Positions 50,875 to 64,000 of a stretch of DNA of 64,000 bases are shown here, in pieces. The stretch is from Podarcis pityusensis. Taxonomy: Eukaryota. The stretch is from assembly GCA_964106645.2 (NCBI GenBank), contig OZ067041.1, one strand, 5' to 3'. The translations under genes were made by a program, and so were the position numbers. The notes below the pieces were generated by a model. It saw only the letters and a program-made list of their open reading frames with translations, was not told the origin of the DNA and did not search any database. Each line of letters starts with the position of its first letter. Positions within the stretch are counted from its first letter, which is position 1.

Positions 50875-51320
50875 CAGACTCCGACTCAACGCAGCGGCGC
50901 CGGCCCCGCCACCCAAACAGCGTCCGCGGCGGCGAGCGTGACCCCCCTCCCTTTCCTGCGTGTCAGGCAGTTCGTCACTCCCACTTGCCCCCCTTCCGTG
51001 TTCCCGAGGCTGAGCAGGCACCAGTTTAAGCCTTGCCTTGTATGGGCGGAGAGCAGCGGGGACGGGGGTCGCTGCTGCTGAGGGGGCGATGTGTGTGAGG
51101 GGGGGCTTTCTCCCTGGTGTGGGAGGAGGGGGCGGAGCGGCGCCCGCGTCGGTGAGGGACGGGCGATGACGGCGGCCGAGCGGGGCCTGCCTTAAGCTGG
51201 GCCAGGCCGCGCTCACTGAGGCGGGGGCAGCTAGCACGGCCGTTTCATTTCGGTTGGGCTCGGTTTTGGCTCCATTGTGACCCGCGGTGCGAAGAGCGCC
51301 GCCGCGGAGAGCCCGGATAA

Positions 51321-51328
51321 TGACGTCA
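51321..51328. promoter_or_regulatory. Full CRE palindrome TGACGTCA (CREB/ATF)
   Basis: Exact 8-mer within the CpG island upstream of the putative TSS. Confidence 0.6.
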
Positions 51329-52696
51329 CCTTTTCGTGCTTGGAGGGGGGGAAGAAACAGAATTGACCCTCCCCTTCCTCTCCCCTCCCCTTCCCCTCCG
51401 TCCCAGGGGCCAGCCAAAGGCTGACGCGTGGGTGGGGCGGCAAGAGAAAGAGGGAGGAAGAAAAGGAAAAGAAGCTCCGGCCGGGCTGCTGAAGAGAGGG
51501 GGAAACGGGATTCAGTTACAGCGGCTGCAAACCTGGGGAAACTGAGCAAGAGCCCTTCAAAGGCCTCGAGGCGTTATCGGCTGGAGCGTCCTCTCACTGC
51601 GCGGGCTGGATAGACAGGCGTTGCGCATCATCATCATCACCGCCCGAGGAAATTATTCTGCACATCTCCGTCGTCTGGACAAAACCACCGGAAACAGCTC
51701 TGAAGAGAGCAGAAGTAGTGCTGGGTGTAAAAGAGCCGAGAGGAATGGTGTTTCTGTGTTCTGCCAGATTGAGAGGACTCGTCCCTCTTTGTTACTATTA
51801 TTTTAAAATAATAATAAGCAGTGGGACGTCTGCCTCATCTTGGCAAGATGCATAAATGTCTCCAGACTACATTTGTACTCAGCACCTTTAAATTTCACAG
51901 ACTCCTTACGTTCTTAGACCTGGGAAAAATATTTTACATATAGTGGCTCACGTTTCATTGCTAACATTACTGTTTTGGCTTTACCTCACACCCATTGCAC
52001 TTTCTGTCATCTTTTTATTCTGTAGCTTATGATGTTATTTTGTTATCTTCCTGGACATGAGTTGGAATTAAAAACATCTTGCTAGTTGGAATGCACGTGC
52101 AGGGATTCCATTCAGTCATTTTATTTAATATTCAAGTAAACAGGAGCTGGAATAACTTTTTCAAATTAATACCTAAACCATAGTCAGATGTGACTGCAAG
52201 CAAGAAGTGTCTGCTAAGAATTGCACTTGGAGTCCGTACTCGCCTGTGTCTGCTGGAGGGTAGAGTCCCACCAGCAGGAATACCTTCTAGTGTTTCCCTA
52301 TCTGTTCAATATGGTGATCAAGTGTTCTCTGTTTTTCAACTGCTCGCTGAACTGTTCTACACATGCACCCTGAGTTCTACCCTCATTTCTGTCATTAGTT
52401 TGCATGCTTTCTTCATAGTTTTTGAAACAATTAGATAGCTGCTCTCTTTTATACCTCTGGCACCTGGTTGCAGAAAAAAGATAGTTTTTGGCATGAACTG
52501 AATAGAAACATAATATTATGGTGCAATACAGCTTAGACACCACTATACCATAAAATCTAAACTGCCTCGCCACAGACCCTTAGAACATTTTCATAGTTCT
52601 AGTTTTCTGCTAGTAAACTGGATTCTAAATCTAGAGGACACCTGCAAATGGAAACATTTACACCATTTGATCATATATATATATATATATAGCAGT

Positions 52697-52945
52697 GGGA
52701 CGCGGGTGGCGCTGTGGGTTAAACCACAGAGCCTAGGACTTGCTGATCAGAAGGTCGGACCGCTCCGGCGGGAAGGTAAACTGCGTTTCCGTGCTCTGCT
52801 CTGGTTCACCAGAAGTGGTTTAGTCATGCTGGCCACATGACCCGGAAGCTGTATGCCAGCTCCCTCGGCCAGTAAAGCGAGATGAGCGCTGCAACCCCAA
52901 AGTCGGTGACGACAGGACCTAATGGTCAGAGGTCCCTTTAACCTT
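52697..52945 (+). mobile_element. Sauria SINE, internally deleted
   Basis: GGGACGCGGGTGGCGCTGTGGGTTAAACCACAGAGCCTAGG...CCTTTAACCTT; flanked by TATATATAGC. Confidence 0.85.
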
Positions 52946-55900
52946 ATATATAGCTCAAAATCTTGTTTAGATGTCTTCCCTCTCCTCCCACTTAAGGATT
53001 TGTTTTGCAACAAAAGATTGGCAGTAGAAGGTTCATGACTTAGAGCAGGACAGGTGAGGGCAAAGAGGACAGGCCTGGAGAACCTGTAGCCCTCCAAATG
53101 TCATTGGACTCCCAACTTACATCCCTAACTGTTGGCCATGATAGCTAGGGCTGATGGGAGTTGCAGTGCAACAACATCTGGAAGCCTACAGGTTCCACAC
53201 TGGCTCTAATTAAGGATTTTGCTATACAGTATATAATCATTTTTTAATTGGTCACAATACAGCACTAATTCAGGAATATTTAATTTCATTGAAATTAGTG
53301 AGCAAAAGCATTATGAATTGTGTTAGGCCATGGCCTTTGCGATTTTTATAGCATCCTATGTGAAACACCTTTGTTGCTTTATTTCCCCACTTTCATGAGT
53401 TTTAATACCTGGCGAGGGCTGAACTGGCGCAGTGGGTTCTATTGACCCTGGGCGGCAAAAAAAGAACGCAATGCCACTGCCAGCAGCGACAGCACCACTA
53501 GCTAGGCTGGTGTAATTATGTCATAAAATAGTCACAACCCTACACTCCCAGCAGCAAAGTAGAAAGAAAAACAATACCAAAAGAAATGAGATAAAGTTGC
53601 AACATTAACAGGCATTCCCACAGCCTCCACAAGTCCACCATCACCCACCATCACTGATGACCACCAAATACAGTAGTATCTATGCACAGAAGACACCAAA
53701 CACATTGGTGTCATGGATGCCATGATGATGTGTTGTTACAGCATCCATTCTGCATCTCCTCCAGTGCATGATGAATGAACACACTGAGAAGAACTGCTCA
53801 TTCAGGAGCCTCCATGGCTCATTGTTTGGAGGACAGCTGTTAACACAGCCACAAGCTCCAGTTTTTCACTTAGGGGCTTGAATCCCGTCAAAAAAGTCAA
53901 TAGCAGCCTTCAAGTACCCCTTTTGACGGGAAAAGTCAGGGCAATGGGTGCTATTCTCGTAGTAGTCATAGTATTAGTAATTAATTAATTAATTAATAAG
54001 AAATAGCAGCAACGATTCCTATAGTCCAGAGGACAGAAGTACAACACATTGAACCTGTAGGCAACAGGCCTTCTCCTAAAGGGCTCAGACCCCACACCAG
54101 GGAAGATGATTCTGCACTCAATGTATTTGTGTTGGTGTCTGTAAAGTCGGGTTGCCATATTTCAAAAAGTGAAAATCCGGACACAAAAGTTGGGTTGTCA
54201 CATGTCTGGATTTTCTTGCACATTTCAGTTGGTACACATAAACAAGGAAGAATGCACTACAGTAGCAAGCTTACAGTAGACAATACTTGCTAGTAGCTCT
54301 GTGAGAAGGCGCAATGCAATTGGAAGCAAGAGGGTGGTTTGATTCAAACTCATGAAAAATGTAAATGTGATCTCCACAAGGCCAAATGTATCTTTTGAGT
54401 GACTTGCTGGCAATCACATGGGAAAAAGCAGAAGCAATAGGAATAGAACCTGGCTTCCTTCCAGAAAAAGAGACTCTTAACTACACAGTTGCAAGCACAG
54501 AAGATGTTCCTTATGGGGTTTCTGTGCATTGTGGTCCTTTTACCAAAGTTCCAACTTGTAGGTTCTTAATTTGATAAATACAGATACAGAATAATGTAGC
54601 CTCATGCTATGTGGTCTTGTCCCATGAGCTATGTTCCCTTGCTGGGCCTTCTATACCCTTGTTAGGATTGGCCAAAGTTAGTCAGAATCCTATCTTCTTA
54701 TGTGGCTGAGGGGGGAGATCTCCAGATGTAGCATACTGCTAGTACAGAAGCATTGCTACACCCTGTGTAAAATGACTATGCCAGATTAACTCTTTTGCCA
54801 GCAAAAGGAGATTTATAAACAACCCTCTCCTTGTCCAGTGGGAGTAATTTGTTATGATCCTGCTGTAATTTACTTGAATAGGTTTAAGAGGTTAAATGCC
54901 ACACACTCCAGGGCAAAACACTTTTCACTAAACACTTTCATGAGAATACTTAACAGGCCTCAAACCTTCCACCCAGTACACTCAATGAGCATGTTCCAAC
55001 TATAGTTAAAAACACAAATCCAAGGAACGTAGTAGCTCTGTGTTTGCACTGGGTTATTTTTTATTGTTTTGAATCATAGGTAGAGTTTAGCAAAATGCTT
55101 TTTTTAACCACCTGCCTGACATTACCTGTTTGGTCCAAGCTTCATTTTTTAGTCATACCAACATATTTCTCATTTTGACGTTTTATATTTTTACTTTACA
55201 TAAAGAGCAAAGCCAAACCAAATGTAAGTAATAATTGCAGATGCAAGATAATGGTTGAGGCCTCACATTCAGCTAGCAGCAATTTTTTGTCCCTGAAGAA
55301 TATGATTTACAAAAGGTTCTTTCATGATGATTATACAATGCTGCCTGCTGTCCAGTATGATCCAGAGTAAATACAATGCATCTCATTCTAATCTGAAATG
55401 CATTTTCCCCCTGTTACAATAATTGTGCATAGGAGGCACACCATGTGTGCTGGCAGATCCCTAGTACCAAATTGTCATGTAATTTGCCACTCAGTAACTA
55501 GTCAAGCTGTGGAATCTAGAGGACCTTGGAACAAATATTTTATATTAGTGTCTGACAAACTCAGAATCTCCCTAATAATATGACGTGATGTCAGAGGCAA
55601 AAAGTATGGAATGCTGACCAGATGTTTGCTGCTTCTGACACAAATTCAGAAAGAGCAAATACACACAAGTTGACAAAGATCAAGTAAGGAACTCCTGCAG
55701 AGGCTGACATTCTGTGCTCATCCACATTGTCGTTTAATGTGGATAATAAGCTTCCTGCACCTCCACTAATTCTCTGTTGTCCATATGATGTTCTCTTCCA
55801 AACCACCCTCTTCCCACACTATCCTCTCCCACAGTCAGGATTTTCTCATATGAGGGATACTGCAAAAAGGAGAGGAAATGAGAATATCTGGACAGAGGAG

Positions 55901-58900
55901 GGGGAAAGTGTGGGAAGGGAGTTATTTGGTGGAGATCATCAGATTGATAATAATGGAAAATTAATGAAGGTACAAGACACTGCAGATTAAATGATAGTAT
56001 CCATACTGTGGGTAATGCTGAACAAAGTTAAAACACAAAGACACTTTGTTTCAGTGATGGACATGATTAACGGCTAAAACAGACTGTCCAGGGAAGTTTG
56101 TGAATTTACCATCGCATGACACCTTCAGCTCATGATTGCAAGACACCTGAATAAATTCGCTTTTGTCAATCATCAAATTTTTGTTTCAGGTGGATCAAGC
56201 ACCTTTTAATCCATCTTGATCCCTCTTGCTGATACTTAGCCTACACTAAATATTGTTGTGGAATTAGCAGTGCCTGCTTGTTTCCTCCTGTTGCATTCTT
56301 ATAATGTCTTCCTCCGTTTATATACTGTAAATAAACAGATGTCTGCAAAGTCACCCTCGGTCCTCACTCCTCCCAAAGGAAGTGCCAAACCTAAACAAAA
56401 CTTTCCACTCTGCAATATAAATGAAGTATGAAGAGCTATCAGATGAGCTTGTGTTTTAAACATATTGTTACAAATTTGTGGGTGGCTGCAGACTCCCCAT
56501 AATCCTAGATGTATTAAAGAGGTAGAATTTAGCTGATTTTGGGAGTATTAAGGGAAGATTTCAGGCCAGGGAAAAATAGAGGCTGAACCTGTTCTCCTGT
56601 TCAGGAGATCGCACAAGGAGAACTAAGGAGAACTAAGTTCTGGGCTATTAAGACCAATTTGACCATGCAGATACTGTCCTTTCCCTGGCTGAGAACTGGA
56701 CAGAACAGAAGAAGTGAAGGGGGAGGTTTTCAGGGTAACAGGGGCATGATGTCACTACAGAAGTTTAAAACAGAGGTTTGGGAGCAGGGGTTTCTGGGAA
56801 AAGGAGCAAGAAGTGGGCAGAACTCCATGCGGGGACTGAAGGGCAGCAGAAATGCTGGCTGGCTATAGCAGACTACTACAGAGAGACATGGGGATGGCAC
56901 TTAGGATGCCTCAGCATGCAATGCTGCACTGCTGAGAAGGACAAGCCCCTCTTGGGATGTAAATCCTATGAATTATTTCTCCAACAAAACCTAGGTTGTA
57001 AATATGTGTAAAATAAACCATATTTCTCAAAAACACTGGTCTCTGCTGTGCCTCATTTCCCCCAAGGAAACACAAACTCTGATTAAGTGCACAGACCCCT
57101 GGATTCTCTGCTACCACTTGGGGAAGATTGGGGTGGCCTGTAACAATATTTTAAATGAAACGGTTGCTAAACATAAGCAGTTTTATAAAAAAGACACCTA
57201 CCCTATTGATTAAATTTTAGTAGGGTTGCCACCTTTATCTGTTAGTTTACCATGTACACGTTTTGAAGGATACAATAGATGCATCAGGGGAAAACAACAA
57301 CACAGTGGCAAACCCATAGCAATATGTGCTGAGGTCCAAAACCTAGCAAGATGGTTAAAAAATGATTAAAATATGCTTGACAATCCTCACACTTTCTAAA
57401 AAAAGAAAAGGAAAGGAAAGGAACCACCCAGTTTATAGAGCAGGGTTCGGGGTCCTGTGGTCAGGAGCATCTACATTAATTTTTACAGGGTAGGTAGGCA
57501 AACAAAATAAAACGTAGTTAGCTTCAGCGAGTAGATCTGTCGCAGCTGGTAGAACTGGTGATGGAGCAGTGGTGAGGTTGGGGTAGACCTGGCCTCTGAG
57601 AAACTTGTATTCCAGGCCCACCTTTCCATTGCTGTCTATCTATGGCAGGGGTAGGGCCACATTCCCAACTTAAGAGCCTTCTGGGGGCCACATGCCAGTG
57701 GTCACTGGGACCAGAGGCATTGGAGATAGTTCTTACCTTTATAAGTGGGCTACATTCGAAGCACACAACAGTAAGGTGTTTCTCTTATACAACACAGCTT
57801 TCCATTCATCAAACAAGCATAATAAGGCCAGTGTTGAAGATGCTGGGACATTTTGCTTTGTAATCCTAGAGATTTCTTCAAAAACTCACACACACATACT
57901 GGAACATTTGAATCTCCATGCAGTCCCACCAGATATGATGGTAGGTGTGTTAGATACCAGCCATACAAAAGCTTTAAAGACAGTTCCCTGGTTTGTGTCA
58001 GTACTGACTTAAAGAGACCACAACCCATCAGCTGGTCCTCGTTGTCTACCTAAATCTACAATGTCATTTCCCATTCTCATTGTTTGAGCTTCAAACCTAT
58101 CAATTCCCAATAACATCTTATAAAAATAGGATACCATGCCTTTACCTGCTCTATCAGAGTTCAAAAACCATTTATCAAAGCTAGTTAGGTCCCTTGTTGC
58201 TTATGCACGCCCCCCCCGGCTGAGGAATGAGTAGAGTTGCTGCTTGCTCAAAGAGCCACAACAGTGTATGTACCCTAAACTTCCTTTTGATTACCTTTAT
58301 AGAGATAGGAGGATAAACACCAATAAAAACCAGTTACAAAATATTCAGCTGTTTGTACACTGTATATATTACTTATGTTCTGAAACATTGGGGGTTGGCT
58401 CTCATTTTTCTCACACAAAGGCATGTACTGTAACTGTAAGCAGAAGAAGAGATGAACTTTCCTAGTACAAGAAAGAAACTTGGATAGAAAGTGTGATATG
58501 ATCCTTTAGGACTCCACTGAAGAGCCTACAGAATGTCTATACAATCTGATAAATAGAGTTGGTGTGAGAATTAAATGCACAAGAGGAAAGAGTTATGGAA
58601 GTGCATTCAATAAATGTCACAAGAGGGATGTGCTGAAGACTAAATTCCCCTTCCATAGGCAAGCCAAACACATTTGTATTTGCTTGATGAGTATCTGACT
58701 TAAGGGTGGGCAGAAAAGAAACTTAGAAGCTACCTACTTTGATGCACACATCATGAGTATTTCCATTTTAATTGCACATTGCACATATTTTAAAATATTA
58801 GCCCCACTCATGCTTTAAGCTGTACTATTTTGGGATAAATTGTTTCCTACTGCTGAGAGGAACCCCCCCCCCCTTTTTGGTGGAAATCCAGAAATGCACA

Positions 58901-60093
58901 GAGCAATTGAAATGGTTTTGTGGGTTTTGTTTTTGTTCTAATAGCAACATTTGGAAGGCTCCCATCCAAAAATCAGGCTGTTCTGCGAACCATCTTTATT
59001 GAGAAAATGCCTCGTAATGGTCCCTCCATTCTTGGAAACAAAGCTTCTTTTTAGATTAAGACTGCAAAAACTGGTCACAGTACATTGCCTCAGGAATCTT
59101 GCTGGATGTTTTTCTCAATCACAGATGTTAATGAACGGATTGTGGGAGTCTCAAGCAAAGGATCCATATAATGATCCTGAAGACTGCTCCTATTCAGTAG
59201 CCCCCATTTCGTTTCACTGCTCTGTAGTGACTCATGTTTCTGAATGCTTAGCTCACAGGGAAAATACAGCTGGAGCAAGACAGCTCTCCACAGAGTTACA
59301 TGCTTGCAGCGCCGTGACAGTCCAAAAGCTTATTGTACTTGGAACACTGAGAAATAACTTATACAGTGTGGAAAATGATTTTGCTCTGCAGAGCTGGCCA
59401 CACTCTACATACTTGTGAGGCCTTGTCTGCATACTTGGGAGGCCCTGGGCAAGTTATTCACTCTCAGGGTGAAATTAGATTTGATGAAAACCACTACCAC
59501 CCTCAGAATGTGGGGACGGAGCCGGGTCTCTTGAACGGCAAAATGAGCACATACAAAAGGTCTGCCTCACTCACTTCCGACCCGTTTGCTCTAGGGCCAA
59601 TGTTCTCTCCTTCTAGTTCTAATGCCATAAGTGAATCAGGCACAAATAAAAGTCTGAAGAGAAAGGCATGGGAGAGCTCAGTGTTCGGCACCCCTCACCA
59701 CATGCTGTCCTTTTCTGTTTGAAGTAAAACCACACACCTACCTTCAAATCGCATGGCTCTCCCCAAACAATCCTAGGAACTGTAGTTTTCACCTCATGGA
59801 GCTATAATTCCCAGCGCCCTTAATAAACTATGGTTCCCAGGATTCCATGGGAGGGGGTCATATATTCTAATTGCGCTTTAAATGTATAGGGTGGGTGTGA
59901 AGTATATGTGGAATGGGAAGCCATGTAAGAGGAATCACTTGCCTGTCACTGTCACATCTGGTAGCCCTCAGATGCACAAAATAGTTGCGTTGGCAACTGT
60001 TCAAAAATCAACTTGCCAGAAATTTCCAATAAATTAAGGGACGGTGGCAATTAAAAGCAAATAGTATATCATCAATACCATAGGCATTTAGAC

Positions 60094-60229
60094 CAGTGCT
60101 ATTTTTATAGAAAAAGAGGTACCGGAACTCACCACGACCGCCTTCCTCATTCTGTTAGAATGGCAACAATGACTACCTGAGAGGTGCTGAAACTGAGTTC
60201 TGGTGAGTTCCTGCTGAAAAAAAGCCCTG
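60094..60229. mobile_element. hAT MITE
   Basis: CAGTGCTATTTTT / AAAAAAAGCCCTG; flanks ATTTAGAC / ATTTAGGG. Confidence 0.6.
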
Positions 60230-60728
60230 ATTTAGGGTATATTTCATATACCTTTTTTGAGGGCTAGATGTAGGCTGCTCACTCATTTGCCACTCACATT
60301 ATTATCATCACATGATGGGGAAAATAGGATCAACCTGGCTGCCCCCCCCATTACATCCCCTACCAGCCAGTTCCTGTGCCCTCCATGCACTGGGGCTGCT
60401 GTCCTGAAGTGAGGAGCCTGCTCTATGCAACTGGACTTCCAATGCAATTTAGAAACCTGCATAATCACATTTCTCCATCTCACAAAGAACCTACATGCCT
60501 AGAGGAGACTTGAAGCTCCAGCAGGTGGAGGGCAGGAGAATGGACTGGTAGAGGATGCAACAGCAAGGCCAATGAGTGTGGATCAGAGGTGCCATCTTCT
60601 GAAACACATTGGGGTGGCCGTACACAACATCTTGACATTGTTCTGTGCCCAATTCTAACAATGGCCTCCCCTAAAAAAAGCATGGGGGGGTGGCACAATG
60701 CCTCAGCCCCCTGGAGCCAGCGCATATG

Positions 60729-60730
<2 letters not shown>

Positions 60731-60792
<62 letters not shown>
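60731..60792. repeat. Compound (GT)n(GA)n microsatellite
   Basis: Directly visible. Confidence 0.95.
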
Positions 60793-60794
<2 letters not shown>

Positions 60795-60884
60795 TTTCTA
60801 GGTTATATGCAACTAAACAAATAATTTGAATAACCCAATGAATGAGTCAATCCATCCCACAACTGTGACATGTTCTCCACTTCC

Positions 60885-61268
60885 TCAAGGGAGCTGGGCA
60901 TGTTTAGCCTGGAGAAGAGGAGGTTAAGGGGTGATATGATAGCCATGTTCAAATATATAAAAGGATGTCACATAGAGGAGGGAGAAAGGTTGTTTTCTGC
61001 TGCTCCAGAGAAGCGGACACGGAGCAATGGATCCAAACTACAAGAAAGAAGATTCCACCTAAACATTAGGAAGAACTTCCTGACAGTAAGAGCTGTTCGA
61101 CAGTGGAATTTGCTGCCAAGGAGTGTGGTGGAGTCTCCTTCTTTGGAGGTCTTTAAGCAGAGGCTTGACAACCATATGTCAGGAGTGCTCTGATGGTGTT
61201 TCCTGCTTGGCAGGGGGTTGGACTCGATGGCCCTTGTGGTCTCTTCCAACTCTATGATTCTATGATTC
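60885..61268 (+). mobile_element. CR1 LINE, 3' fragment
   Basis: ELGMFSLEKRRLRGDMIAMFKYIKG...RFHLNIRKNFLTVRAVRQWN (CR1 ORF2 C-terminus); ATTCTATG-type tail. Confidence 0.92.
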
Positions 61269-62332
61269 AAGGGGTGAACAGTTCAAGGGGAGCTTTAGTT
61301 TCCTTTGGAGAGAACACTCCTATAACAGGCAGCAATCCCACTTACTCTGCATCAGATTTCCAGTGAGAGCTATTGCACCCAAAGGTACTTTGTCCCCCCA
61401 AATCACAATTCCCTCCTCTTTCTCTCTCTCTCTCCACCCCACCCCTGTTAATTCAACCTGCAAACTGGATCCAGACTGTTTCTGTTGAACAAGTGTCGCC
61501 TTCCCAAACTTTGATGACTGTTGCATTTCAAAGTTCCACTCTCAAAAAATCTTAATATTCTTTGGCCCCTTTTAAGGAACACTTTATGAAAAACCAAAGT
61601 GATAGATGCATTAACAGCAACAGTCAAATTCCTAACAATATACATAAAATTGCTACCCTCAGGTATGAAAGGAAAAAAGGAGAATAGCAAATCTCTTTGG
61701 TATATAATATGTATGCTTTGGAAGGCATTTGGTTACCATAGTAATATGAATTATACAAATATCTCTTAGAGGTAAATTTGCTTTGTGGCAAGATATTATG
61801 CACTAGTCATTTAGTGGTGAAAGTGATGGGTTCTTCCAACCTCAGGTTTTTTCAGTTCTGAAAGAAGCAGTTCATATCTCAGTGCCACCTTCTATCAAAT
61901 AAATTATATTTTACCTATTTGCTTTAACACAAATTTCCTTTTTAAACAATAAATAAATTACAATATTTTCCCATTGTGGCTGTATAGATGTTTGATGCAA
62001 ATATAAACAAAAGGAATTGTCTAAATATCTTTTCATGCATCAGCATGTAAAATAACAATTTTTCCATGCTCTCCTAATTTTAATTTTATGTCTAAAATGT
62101 ATACATAGATGCTTGCAGAAAGAATTGGTCTGTGCTTGAAATGAACACACTTTCAATTCAAACATTTATTAATTTTTAAGAACTCTTATTACTTAAAGTA
62201 TGTGAATTATAATGTTTTTTAAATAAAATGAAACAGTTCTGTATTTACACCAAATGACGGATCATGTAGGGAAGGAAACAGTAGGAGGAAATCTGCAATA
62301 TTTACAAAAAGGAAAAAAAGAACAACTTTTAC

Positions 62333-62476
62333 CAGTGCTTTTTTCTGGGGGGATGCAGGGGTACACATACCCCTAAACATTTTGTGAATCTAAGTTTTGC
62401 CTCATTGAGGGGCAGTATTTCAATATGAGTAGGAAAATGAATACCCCTAAACATTTTATTTTATTTTAAAGCAGTG
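62333..62476. mobile_element. hAT MITE, family Y copy 1
   Basis: CAGTGCTTTTT start; perfect TSD ACTTTTAC; near-identical to 62995-63134. Confidence 0.75.
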
Positions 62477-62994
62477 ACTTTTACAAAAATAATTACAAAA
62501 GGTTTGTAAAAGTGTCCATAGTTGACAAGCTCACTCTGGAGTTCTGACCAAATGCAGGACATTTTGCTATTGTGTTGCAGCCATTTCAGTACAGAAGCTG
62601 CAATTCTATTCTATTTTGTTGGGATAAAGGTGTGTAAGTGCTGCAAATGGAGGTGCCTAGAAGTCCACAATAGAATTACTGCAGGTATCTTTCAGACCCT
62701 TGAATTATTTGTGCCCACAGGAAAAGAGCGGAAGAGAGTGTTGAGTGTGTGAGATGAATGAGTCACAAGAAAATCACTAGCTCTGTGAAACCTGAGCAAC
62801 TAAAAATGGTTGATAAAAAGCTGATCAGGAGGCAAATGACAGTTTAGATCTCAATTCCTTCATCTGTTGCAGAAAATATACTGCAGCAGAATGCAATTGT
62901 TGGCTCCATTTGTTGTCTACCTTATTCAGAGCCTTGTATGATTTAGCACCCAAAGGTAGCATTTTCAGTCGCTTCTAGAAATTTCTGCAAAAAA

Positions 62995-63134
62995 TAGTGC
63001 TTTTCCCCCCCTGTGGGGACACATACCCCTAAACATTTTGTGAATCTAGGTTTGGCTTCATTGAGGGGCAGTATTTCAATATGACTAGGAAAATGAGAGT
63101 ACCCCTAAACATTTTTTTTAGAAAAAAATTACTG
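62995..63134. mobile_element. hAT MITE, family Y copy 2
   Basis: Shares ACACATACCCCTAAACATTTTGTGAATCT...CATTGAGGGGCAGTATTTCAATATGA with copy 1, same orientation. Confidence 0.7.
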
Positions 63135-64000
63135 AAAAAATGTAAGTGATTAAAAGCAGCTCTTACATGCCTGATTACCAGCCTGTGATCATCCTTATGA
63201 AAGGAAGAGGCATCTCTACACATCTGGGTCTCCAACTGCAACCATGGTATAATATTGTTATCAATACAGGAGACGACCATTTTGCACACATCCTTTGAAC
63301 TCACAACTGTGCACATGATCCAGGAGTAGTCCCTAATGGGGGTGGGGAAGGGAAGGCTTATGCGTGCTCTCCTGACTTGTGCAATGACACAGAAAGCAAC
63401 CTCCACACAAATTGGGGGGTTGCCTGTATTTTAGATTACAATGCTTTTAGTTTATGCTTCACTCTCAGCAGTTTTGAATTAGATAAATGCTGTAAATAAG
63501 TGTATAAACCAGTTGCCTCCCCCCAACTGCAAATTGGAGAATAAAGATTAAAAACCTGGTGCCTCACAAAATGCTAGGAACAGAAGTGTCAGTAAAATGC
63601 GAGTGTGAAGGAACCCAGTGTAGTCTTTAACCTGTAAAGTCAAGGACCTGAATATTCTAGGATAGTCATGTTAAGAGAAATCGATTGGTTGCAGGGTGGG
63701 GAAGCAAAAATTAATTTCAGCATGCTCTGTAACTTTGCGAGTATATTGCATTTGAAGGTGTTAAAAGCATTTCAAGTATATTATCTAAGTTATCTTTACA
63801 TCAACACTGTAAAGCAGCCATTTTTTAATAATTGTCTCTAAAATAATGCTGTTTGGGTTATTATCTTTATAGTTTGTCCAATGGTTCAAAAAATATACTT
63901 GGCAGTGTAGTGCCCCAAAAGGGTGGGAATAAAGATGAAAAAGTGTGCCTACAACAATCCTGGCATGTAGGCCACTGTTATCACAGACTGCAAACATTGC

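Larger units (their letters stand above)
50184..50880 (-). other. USP9X: Probable non-coding exon 1 of USP9X (5' end approximate)
   Basis: Inside the CpG island; best minus-strand donor GGGG|GTGAGC at 50183; TSS only estimated from the YY1 motif and GC boxes. Confidence 0.6.
49500..51700. promoter_or_regulatory. CpG island / USP9X promoter
   Basis: Abrupt shift to very high GC and CpG density; GC boxes (e.g. ~50903, ~51129, ~51434); upstream of first coding exon on the minus strand. Confidence 0.9.

Noticed and set aside
49780-51081. 433-aa plus-strand ORF, and overlapping 300-aa and 173-aa ORFs
   Set aside because: Low-complexity Ala/Arg/Pro/Gly translation of a stop-poor CpG island, open in several frames on both strands, no recognisable domain
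58951-59722. 155-aa and 118-aa plus-strand ORFs
   Set aside because: Non-ATG starts, no recognisable protein family, no supported splice structure

Overview
Vertebrate genomic DNA, most likely a squamate (lacertid-like lizard; inferred from Sauria SINEs, BovB, CR1, L2, Rex/Babar, Penelope and many hAT and Tc1/mariner MITEs). About 51 kb is the 5' part of USP9X on the minus strand. It has a CpG-island promoter (~49.5-51.7 kb), a probable non-coding exon 1, a ~20-kb intron 1, and 28 coding exons (ATG at 30141, last visible exon 802-948). These exons are all GT-AG, phase-compatible, and sum to 4380 nt (1460 codons); the catalytic USP domain lies beyond the left edge. I recognise no gene in 52-64 kb and found no convincing new multi-gene system. 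Best leads: a Tc2-like MITE carrying a periodic array of alternating inverted repeats next to exon 16; three copies of one hAT MITE with 8-bp TSDs clustered in intron 1, two of them inverted; a uORF-dense 5'UTR; and a candidate 9-nt in-frame microexon in intron 2. Exon numbers follow the human USP9X layout as I recall it.
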